64,000 bases of DNA from Monocercomonoides exilis PA203 (Eukaryota > Protista > Preaxostyla): the NCBI GenBank assembly GCA_001643675.2, contig LSRY02000033.1, positions 806,001-870,000 of the forward strand. Reading direction: 5' to 3'. The first letter of the stretch is position 1; every line of letters starts with the position of its first letter. Of this stretch, positions 54,701 through 64,000 are shown piece after piece. Made by a program: the position numbers and the translations under genes. The notes beneath the pieces were generated by a model. It saw nothing but the letters and a program-made list of their open reading frames with translations, did no database searches and was not told the origin of the DNA.

Positions 54701-56069
54701 CAACCATTGGAACCTCCATCCTCAGCTGAATGGTGATTTGGCATCTTCTTCTGTAGGTGCAGATGGCCTTGTCTTCACTTACTCCATCCACAACCGCCCT
54801 TCGTTGACTTCTCTTCTGTTGTCTTCCAACAGACTTGTTGTTGGCTCTGCAGAAGGAGACATGAAGATGTTCTATGCACCGCAGGTGAGAAGAATGGAGC
54901 TACTTTCGCAGACACAGGAAGAGGACAAGGAAGAAATCAATGCCATGTGTTGGATTGAAGTGAAAAGGCGCAAAAAACCAAAGAACACAAAGAAATTCGG
55001 TGAGGAGCCAAAAATAACAGAAGTTGGAAATGGAAATGAAAAGAGTGAAAATGTTGTTATTGAGCCAGATGCATCTGATAAAGAGATGTCTCCTCTGCCT
55101 CTGCAAGAACAGTCAGAACTGAGTAAAGATTCCAATGTCAAGTTCACAGATTTATCAGAAAAAGAAGGCATCACTCAACAATCAAAAAAAGATGAAAATG
55201 AAAATGAATACAAAACATTGGATGGTGTGGAGTCATCTATTCATAAAGAAGAGGAGTTATCATCTTCTTCATCTGCTTCGTCTTTAACACCCCAAAATAC
55301 AAACAACACCGAGAAATGTCCTGTTGAAGATTTGAATAAAAATGATTCTTTTTCTCAGCTTCCGTTATCATTTCGTTCATCGCAGCAGTCTGCTGAAGAT
55401 GAAACCCAGCAAAATTCAGCTTCTTCTTCTTCTTCTTCTTCTTCTTCAAAAGACATTTCTTCATTCACATCGCTTATTTATTCTCAATCCCTATCTCATT
55501 CTCCTTTCACTGACTCGCCTGCGTCGTCTCCCCATTTATCACGTGCAGTCTGCATAACTCCTCCTTCTTCTCCTCCTTCTTCATTCCTCGCTCAGCCTCC
55601 TCACCCGCCGCCCCCTCTTCCCTTGGGCGCCTCAGACCCAACAAGAGAATTTCTTCGCCTGCCTCCCTTCTCCACCCACACGCTCTCTGCCTTCAGTGGA
55701 GCTGATCAGATCAACATTTCTGTTCCAAGCACATCCACACTCACAGCAGCCAAGCCGCGCTATTTGATAAGCATTTCATCTGTTGTGCCCAGTCTGTCTA
55801 TTGGATCAGGCCAAGTTGCCTCGCAGTTCATGCCACATGGCCTGACATCGCTTTCTGTGTGGGATGCGATTGGAGGGATCCTCATCTGCTCATTCACTTT
55901 CAGCTGCTCTGTGGGCTGTGCTACTTCTGCTGGCGCAATTATATTTCTTGGAGAGAAAAGAGGGCGCGTGCATGTGATTGACTTCACGAGGTTCTTTGAG
56001 CGGTTGGATTCGGAGAGAGAAAAGGAGACGAAAAGGATAGCTGATTCAATTAAATCGATGGGGATTTGA
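48766..56069 (+). CDS. PTEN: PTEN-family phosphatase + C2 domain fused to a ~1800-aa low-complexity/WD40 C-terminus; exons ~48766-48871, 48934-49205, 49278-49487, 49595-49831, 49975-50496, 50592-56069
   Basis: DLDLTYIT, AMGLPS..EGIYRN, FPDHHPP, VHCK|AGKGRTG and PSQRRYVNY, then C2 motifs LYGDILVVFYH and LFRFAFHT. The phase-0 intron 50497-50591 links to ORF 50616-56069 in frame. Confidence 0.88.
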
Positions 56070-57310
56070 TAAATGAATGTCAAATTGATAACTGTGACTA
56101 AAACCAGAATTTGAAATTTTAATATTTTTAAGCAAACGATTACAATAGTTGAGCAAGATTACATCAGGTTTCCAAATTTCAAAATGAAATGCTACAAATT
56201 ATGAATTGAATAAAAAGAGTTAAAATAAGCAGTTGTGATTTGAAGTTATTTTATTTCGATTAAATAATAATTCTGTTTATGTATTTAGAAATAGTTTTCG
56301 TACAATATGACTTTTATGTTTTTGAAATTTGTTTATGTTTTTCATGCTGTTGACAAATATCATTAATGTTTCTGTTTTGTGTGTCTCAGTGCGAAATATC
56401 TTATTTTTTTTCCAAATATTTTAATATTAGTTGTTTGGTTATGTGTAATTTTTCTTTTCTTCAAAACCGAATGCTTGGGATACAAATGAGATTAAGGAGA
56501 TTGTTGAGCATCATTCAATTCTGTGGTTCAATGATTCCATTTTCTCGCGGTTATTCTGTGTCATTCCTTCTTTTTAATGATGCTTCTTTGTTTATGAGTT
56601 ACCAATGTTATGGTTTGAGCTGAAGTTATCTGACTTATGAAATGTTTTGTTCCTCTGTTGATTACATCTACATAGTCAGAAAAATGATTTGTGTTTTTAT
56701 TTTGGATAATTTTTATGATTAAGTTATGAAGAGAAAACAAAAATAAAAATTTAACTTTAATTAAGTGAATATTTTATTTTTTCTGCAGGAAATGAAACAA
56801 ATTATGATATATTCGACTTTTTTAGGCAAACTGTTGAAAATGACTTCAATCAGAAAATGATATAATCACATCGATTTTTTCAGTTATATTGTGACAGAAT
56901 GAGATATTGTTTTTCACATAAAAAACAGTTGTAAATTATTGAAATTGAATATTGGTGAATTATTATTTCGATTAATGAATTTTTGGTGGAATCTATTAAA
57001 AATTCATTTTTGTCTTTCAGAAGAAAATTATGATTAGAGTGTAATTTGAGACACATTTGCAATGAAAACAGCTTGTCGAAAAGTGTGTGAAACTGAATAA
57101 AAATATTTATTGTTATTAAAAAAAATTGTAATAACAATAATTATTTTTTTTAATTCATTTCTTTTGTCAGCAAAATAATTTTCGTTTCGAACACTCAGAT
57201 TTCAAAACGAATGGATTCTTTAATAATGACTTATTTTTCGAGTAGAAACTTATGCATTTTTAGAAATTCCTATTTGGTGATTATTTTTTTATGTCTTATA
57301 TTTTTTCGAG

Positions 57311-57352
57311 GTGTGTGTGTGTGTGTGTGTGTATGGATGTATGTATGTATGT
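57311..57352. repeat. (GT)n/(GTAT)n microsatellite
   Basis: Directly visible. Confidence 0.9.
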
Positions 57353-57897
57353 CTAATATTTTCTTTTTCACAGTTATTTGAGGAAAGTGTATTCAAAAAA
57401 GTTTCACATGCTTGTTTTTTTTATTGACTGTTAAAAACTTGTTATCATAGAAACACAGAGAAGCACATTTATGATTTCAATGCAAACATTTGATTTATTT
57501 CTAAGTATTTGCGACAAATTATAGATTCAAAATTTCGGAAAGAAAAAATTTCGTGGATCAAAAAAAAAAAAATTCACGTGCATAGTAATCCGTCTGTCAA
57601 AAGGGAAAACAGATTTTATTGTTTATGAATATCATCAAATCTTTTTCAATCATTTTTAAAAATACTGTCAAAACCGGATATAATCACATCGAATTTAATC
57701 TCATTCGTTTATTATCACGTTTTCCTGTGCATGGACATTTTTTGCTTGTTTTTCATTCTTTTTCAAACGTATATTGCGATTTGGCAAACTGTTTATTTTC
57801 ACATTTGATTATGACGCGTGTGATCTTTTTTTTGAAAAATCGATTTTCTGATCAAAAATATGACTTTTTCGATTTTTCAGAAATTTGAGAGAATAAA

Positions 57898-58169
57898 TGG
57901 GGGAAAATACTGACTTTCAAGCTTTTTATGCACAAAGCAAGAAAATATTGTTTCGCTCATAACTTTATTTCGCTTTCTCAGATTTCTTTAAAAATTTGAT
58001 TTTCATATCCGTAAACAAGGACCGTTGAAATCAAAACATGAAGTTTTCCAACATTTCACGAATATCAAAAAATGGATCAATTTTTATTGTGTTTTTTGAT
58101 GTGAAAAAGTCAATGAAAAGTGCATAATTTTTCAATGAAAATGCTTGAAGCAAAATATTTTGCCCCAAA
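57898..58169. mobile_element. MITE-like family A, copy 2
   Basis: Termini TGGGGGAAAATA...TATTTTGCCCCAAA. Collinear with 34987-35260. Confidence 0.72.
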
Positions 58170-58489
58170 TGAATATTATTTTGAATAATAAATGAAGAAT
58201 AAAGAACAAAAAAAGTTTGTTTTTGAAAAAATTTTTTAAAGAGAAATAATGAGGGCTTAATTCTTCCATCAATAAAAACAACAATTTATTGCAAAATGTT
58301 TCCGCTATAAAGTTAAAATAAGTCTCAAATTCCAGTGTCAAAAACTGACACGAAAAATTTAAAAAATAGAGAAAATTTGAATAAAATGTTGTGTGAAGAT
58401 ATATTGATGAGGCAGAAAATATGTATGATTATTTTTGAAATCATATTTTTTCATACAAAAATTTAGGTGCTAAAATATTTCCAGAATAC

Positions 58490-58535
58490 AAAAAAAAAAA
58501 AAAAAAATAAAAATAAAAATAAAAATAAAAATAAA

Positions 58536-58631
<96 letters not shown>
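58490..58631. repeat. Compound poly(A)-(AAAAAT)n-(AAT)n microsatellite
   Basis: Directly visible. Confidence 0.95.
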
Positions 58632-58668
58632 CTCACAATATATTTTGAATTTTTATTCATTTAATAGG

Positions 58669-58930
58669 TGGGTGATTATTTTTGAAATCATATTTCTTCC
58701 ATCGAAATTTTCGGATTAAGAATTCACTTCAAGTGCTGATAAATGAGCACAAAAAAGAAATAATTCCATTTAAAAATTTTTTTTCATGAATATTATCTGA
58801 AGCATTGTCATTTTTAACAATTGCATTGCATATAACTTATTAATGAATAATTCCTCTCAAAAAAAAAAAAATTAAACATTTGAAAAATTGACACTCCGAA
58901 AAAAGTTATGATTTCAAAAATAATCACCCA
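58669..58930. mobile_element. MITE-like family C (~260 bp) with perfect 24-bp terminal inverted repeats
   Basis: TGGGTGATTATTTTTGAAATCATA (58669-58692) and TATGATTTCAAAAATAATCACCCA (58907-58930). An orphan partial copy of the left end lies at ~58426-58448. Confidence 0.72.
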
Positions 58931-58998
58931 TATAAATAGAAGTTGGTATTTATCATTTTTTTGAAGTTTAATAAAATTATATATTGACTTTAAATAAT

Positions 58999-59179
58999 TG
59001 GGACAAAATTCTTGCTTTTATAAAAAAAACAACGATTTGTTCCAAACTTTTTCTCCAGCTTTATCATTATAAGTCTTTCATTTCCATGTCAAAAAAATAC
59101 AGAAAAATTAAAAAAAATGAGAAATAGGTTCGAATATTCAGGATGGAACAAAATTCATAAAGCAAAAAATATCATCCCA
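58999..59179. mobile_element. MITE-like family B, copy 2
   Basis: TGGGACAAAATT...ATCCCA. Shares 28 identical nt (ATGGAACAAAATTCATAAAGCAAAAAAT) and overall collinearity with 34335-34513. Confidence 0.68.
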
Positions 59180-59380
59180 ATAATAAAAATTTTTTATATT
59201 TTTTTTCATTTTTTTTTTCCATTATCATTCCATTTCTTTTTTCGTAAATATAAAACGAAATTGATTTGTAAGATTTTTAAAAGAAATCATAGAAACAAAA
59301 TATTCAATTCATATAAAATAAGATGAGATAAAAAGGAAATGTAGATAAAATTCGAATTAACAATTTTAAACATCAAAAGT

Positions 59381-62263
59381 TCATCTCAGTGAATCCATCC
59401 AATTTGTTGAAGCATTACGAACATCCTGATCTTTATCTTTAGAGAGTTTCAACAAAGATGCTAACAATGTGTCTTTCATTGATTCATCGCGCGTAATTTG
59501 TATGAGATGAGCTAATGTTGCAGCACAGTTCAAGCGCACATTCGGAACAGAATCATCTGCAAGTGACAGAGCAATTGGTGCAAACAACATCCGAAGCAGT
59601 CTTTCTCTTTCTTCTTTGACTTCATCATCATCTTCTAATGACGTAGCGTCTGAAGAAAATCCACCCGCTCTCTCGAACCCTTCTTGCTTCCTCTCTTTTT
59701 CTATTTCTTTTCGCTTTGCCTCTTCTAAACTCTTTTCCTTTTCGTAATTGAGCGGCATCCTTTCATCTTTAACCTTCACCTTGCCCAGAATCATCACATC
59801 ACTCATTTCTCTGACTGCGCGGAGAGAGGTCTGTCTCAGAGTATATCGCTCTTCCTCTGATAGTTGCTTTATCACCGTCAAAGCTTCTTTCTCTGCCCAT
59901 TTCATTCCGAGTGAATCTCTCTTCTGAATGAAAAGTTCTTTTGGTGTCTTTTTCTCATTCGCGGCGGAGTTGTCCGTCTTTTCTTCTGTTTGCGTTTCTT
60001 TTAGAAATTCATCCTCATCATCTTCATCAGAATTGGCTCTATCATCTTTTTCTTCTTCGACCTCAACATAATTCATCTTTGCAAGATCAGCCCATCCAAT
60101 GCTTGTTATGCCGACAAGTGCATCAATTGCTGCATCCCGCACAGACACTGCATCGTCTTTCAGGCAATCTACAAGAAACGGGAAAAGAGTTGATGTGAAT
60201 GAGCTGAGAGGCGATGTGGATGCAGCAGATGAAGTGATTGGAGCTGCTGAAAAGCGTACGCGACGAGAAGATGAGGCGGATGAAGTGTTAGTTTGCGGAG
60301 GAAGAGAAGACAAGATTTTGGCTGCAACTGGGAAGGAATGAAGGACATCGCAACGACAGCGCCAGAAGATAGTTTCTCGCAGTGAAGACAGTGCAGATAC
60401 ACATTCAGATAAAAGAGAAGGAATTTGGAGACACTATCAAAATAAATAGAAAGAATAAAGAGATACAAATTTAATAATGATATTTTTGAAATAGCAAAAC
60501 AACAAAATGCATGCAAATTTCCAAATGAAATAACAATCAAGTTTTCGAAAAATCAAAAAAAAAAATAGTTGAAACGAAATTATCAAACTTTCTTTATCCT
60601 CAAGATTGTTGCAATTGTGGTTGATTTGACATCGAGATTAGTTATTGGCTTCAGAAGCGTAAACAGAATAGGCTGAATAATTGTGCTGAATTCATCCTTC
60701 ACACGAGCACCAACAATAATAGCAGATTCAGCGAATTCTATTGCACATAAAGAAAAAAAAATCAAAACCAGTTAACATTTTCAGTGAAATTCCTCCCAAA
60801 CATTGTCAAAAACAGATAATATGAAATTCTCTTTCTCTGCAACAGCCACACAAATTTCTTTCATCAAACCACTTTTCATAACACTTTCATTTATTCACAC
60901 CTTTCATTGAAAAATTTGGGTCTGTTAACAGAGGTTTTAAGGAGTCAAAGACTGGATGCACCAGTGTTTGTCTTCCAACAAGAGAGCACACGTCAGGCAA
61001 TGTTAAAGACACTGAAAGGCACACATCATACTCCGAGTCCTGGAAAATAAACAATGAAGCAGTTAATTGAGGATTTGATATGAAAAAATGGTATAATAAA
61101 TGTAATATCAAACAAGAAGCATGTTCAGATATTCGTTCAATAATTCTTCGCGAACAACATAAATAGGAAGATTTTTAGCCATCTGAAAGAAAATGATAGA
61201 TACAAGAAAAAGAAATTATCGTAACAACGAAAATATAAAGTATCAAAATTGCATTTGGAGCAACTGCAAACGGGAAGAAAAGCATTCACCATCTTGTTTC
61301 TGATACGCCAACTTATATCGTTGAAAAAATTTATTATATTGTTCACAATTCGTTGAACAAGTTCATCATCCAACAGTAGTGAGAGTTTACTTGCTGTTTC
61401 AACAAATGAAAGGAGTGCACTTACAGCTACATGACGAACAGAATCTTGCTCATCAGAACACATCTGTTCAATTAATGGAAATATCTGTTCTGTTAACTGT
61501 TTTGGCTGGAATATTGGAATAAAATACTTAAAAATTTGATAAAATGAAACAATAACGAATCTCAAGTATAGCTGATTTATAATAAACCTGAAGTACTTGA
61601 GTTACTCCATGTCGAATCATATGAACTTCATCATTTGCAAGTTCAAAAAATAACTTTAAGATTTCATCCTTTTCATTTGGCTCAGATAGCTTGTAAACAA
61701 AAGGACACAAGCATGCAGCTGAACATTTTTTTGTGTACCAATCACCGTCTCCCATCCTTTTAACAAGTCCGACAACATGCTCTTTAAAATTATCTTTTGG
61801 AACAAGAGGTATTAAATCTACCAAAGAAGCAAGTGCCTTGAAGTAATTCCATTAATATTCGAGAAACACAAGGAAAAAAAAAAAAAAAAAAAAACATACT
61901 CTATCTCGAACTGATGCATCTTCGAAAGAAGAAAGCTGCTCGAGAAGAGGAAATATATGATGTACATGCTCAAATCCTCCAACATGAGGGGCAAGTTTAC
62001 CCAACTCATCAGCATAAGCAATAAGAATATCAGTGTCATCATTAAAACACTCTAAAAGATAAGCCTTTAAAATTAACAAATCAATCTGTGAAATAAACGA
62101 AAATACCTGGCAAAAAAGGAAGAAGTTCTTCTCTTGTTCTCTCTGGCCCAAGTGTCTTCGCAATAAGGCTTAAATGATGTATGGACTTAAGTTTTTGTGA
62201 TCTATCATCTGATTTTAAACCATCAATAAATATTGCGGTCAACACAAATGTTTCCTCTTGCAT
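59381..62263 (-). CDS. PPP2R1A: PP2A scaffold (A/PR65) subunit, HEAT repeats; multi-exon
   Basis: IFIDGLKSDD..KLKSIHHLSLIAKTLGPERTREELLPFL, DELGKL..HVGG, DWYTKKCSAACL, DEQDSVR, DISWRIR, DSVPNVRLNCA and DKDQDVR. Confidence 0.93.
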
Positions 62264-62435
62264 TTTAATTTAAAACATACCTTAATTTTTTAATTTGATT
62301 CAAAATTTTCAAAACTTTTTCTTTCACAAATAAATTTACAACCACTTCAAACATGGAACAAGTCGAAACTACTTCATCAATAATTGACCCATTATATTGT
62401 ACTTCATATTTTCTATTATCGAAATACTTTGATAA

Positions 62436-63135
62436 ATGGAAAGAATTCCAGAAATTCGAAAATTAACTAATTTACTTGGGCATATCACGCAACAAGCTCA
62501 GTGGATTAAGCTTATTCAAGCAGTAATGAATCAACACCGAAATGTCAAGAATTTCAATGCTGATATGCTTCACTCTGTTCGTTCAGAAACAGGTCTCAGT
62601 GAAGAAGTGTTCAATAGTATATATACTGGTCTTTATTGCATGCTTGCACAGCTTATTCGAGATCATTGCCGAAAGCCAGATGAAAATCTTGAACAATTTG
62701 TGATGGAGGACTTAAGCCCTCTTGGACTTCCAGAAAAATATGTCCAAATATTTGGCTCGGCATTTAAAACTTAGTTTGCTAAATTTTGGATTTGATAAAC
62801 TTTTATTGAAATATTCATTTGAAAAATTTAGCGTAAAATCTTTACACCAATCTGCTCGGGATCGTGTTCCTAGACATCCATCTTTGAAGCTTTTTAGATG
62901 GAGAACTGAAGTAGCTATTTCTACAAGCTCGTTAAATCGTCTTTTGCGTCCCTCTATACTTATTGAATTTACACTTTCAGACAAGCGAAAGCAGCTTTTA
63001 CAGATGGATTTGAAAATGTTTCATACTCTTCGTTTTGGGGTTGCATGTATGCTAAAAGAAATGAATGATATCGAACATGACCCACAAATTCAAAGAGATG
63101 TGAAAATTCTACCAGGAGTAACAGCAATGTACTGA
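62436..63135 (+). CDS. COMMD5: COMM-domain protein 5 (Commander/CCC complex); true start uncertain (possibly 62353)
   Basis: LKLFRWRTEVAISTSSLNRLLRPSILIEFTLSD...FHTLRFGVACMLKEM is the COMMD5 COMM signature. An intron at ~62774-62830 joins the two ORFs. Confidence 0.87.
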
Positions 63136-63489
63136 GTATTATTGATTTTTTTTAAAGCTCAATCTCTCTTTTCAGTTAACTTCTAAACTTAAAATATGAA
63201 AATTCATCTCACAAACTCCTTTTATTCACAGAGAGCAATTATTTTCCTTTCAATAATATGTTTTATTCTCATTAGCTTGCTTTTTTTTTTGCTTTCAACG
63301 TTAAAAAGAAAATTATTGATTATTTATCCAAAAAAATAACATTTAAATATAAGAAACATCACAAATTGAGCATTAATAACTGTTATTTAGTTGAAAACGA
63401 ATCAACTTAGTTTTAACCATAATATAAATAATCCATATGAAGTTTTTTACATAAAGGTTCGATCTGTACAAGGATCGAAAAAAAGTAAA

Positions 63490-64000
63490 ATGATCGGTGA
63501 ACAACCACATCAAATAATAGATGTGTGGGCATCCAACGTTGATGAGGAATTTGAGAAAATCCAAAAATTATTACCGTTATATCCTATTGTCGCAATGGTA
63601 TAACTAGATTTTTTACTCTATGTATTGTGTTGATAATTTATGTTTTTTTTGTTGTTTTTCACAAAAAATTTCAATTTTTTAGGACACAGAGTTCCCTGGA
63701 GAAGTCTACAGACCTATGCCATCGGGTGGAAGGAATTTAAATTACGAAAAGCTGAAAAAGAACGTGAATCAATTGAAGTTGATCCAACTTGGCCTCACAC
63801 TTGGAAATGAACGCGGAGAATTACCTGAAGGAGCATCGACATGGCAGTTTAATTTTAAGTTCAATCCAACCGAAGATCGGGGTGCTGAGAATTCAATTTC
63901 GATGCTGATTAAAGCTGGAATAAATTTTGATCAATTTGCAAAGGATGGTATTGATGTTCATTATTTTGCGCAGATGTTGACGACTTCCGGGTTGGTGTTG
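63490..64000 (+). CDS. CAF1: CCR4-NOT deadenylase CAF1/POP2 (CNOT7/8), 3' truncated; exons 63490-63597, 63683->64000
   Basis: IIDVWASNVDEEF..YPIVAM|DTEFPG, LKKNVNQLKLIQLGLTL, TWQFNFKF, GIDVHYFA and SGLVL. Confidence 0.95.

Noticed and set aside
56460-56640. Slightly GC-richer patch with ATGATG...CTGA (possible C/D snoRNA or gene remnant)
   Set aside because: The box C match is imperfect, there is no terminal stem, and I recognise no rRNA guide or protein similarity.
58463-58664. Poly-Leu and poly-Asn ORFs
   Set aside because: Artefacts of the (AAT)n microsatellite.

Overview
Gene-dense, intron-rich eukaryotic (protist) genomic DNA read with the standard genetic code. It has AT-rich introns and spacers, GC-richer exons and proteins inflated with Ser/Pro/Glu low-complexity tracts. 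The style resembles an oxymonad/metamonad such as Monocercomonoides, which is an inference only. About 19 spliced genes can be reconstructed: SMC2 (3' part), a coiled-coil hypothetical, an F-box/LRR protein, RPL35A, a TmcB-like giant membrane protein, a RasGEF, a dynein-intermediate-chain-like WD40 protein, NOP10, a LARP4-like protein, a dual-specificity phosphatase, a Kelch/Cys-rich multi-TM surface protein, a CaMKK-like kinase, a small 2-TM protein, a YAK1/DYRK kinase, a Cet1-type RNA triphosphatase, a PTEN-C2-WD40 fusion, PP2A-A, COMMD5 and CAF1 (5' part). RPL35A and NOP10 are absent from the ORF track and the Cet1 gene appears there only as fragments; I assembled all three by hand. The most notable observations are: a NOP10 with an archaeal-style Cys4 zinc ribbon; two gene-free islands holding nested MITE-like elements that share TGGG...CCCA termini; a near-universal T at position +4 of intron donors; a Kelch receptor fused to a 2-TM ENaC/ERGIC-like module; PTEN fused to a fragmented WD40 propeller; and a kinase domain split by an insert of about 500 aa. 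I found no prokaryotic features, CRISPR arrays, rRNA or tRNA. All exon boundaries are manual predictions.
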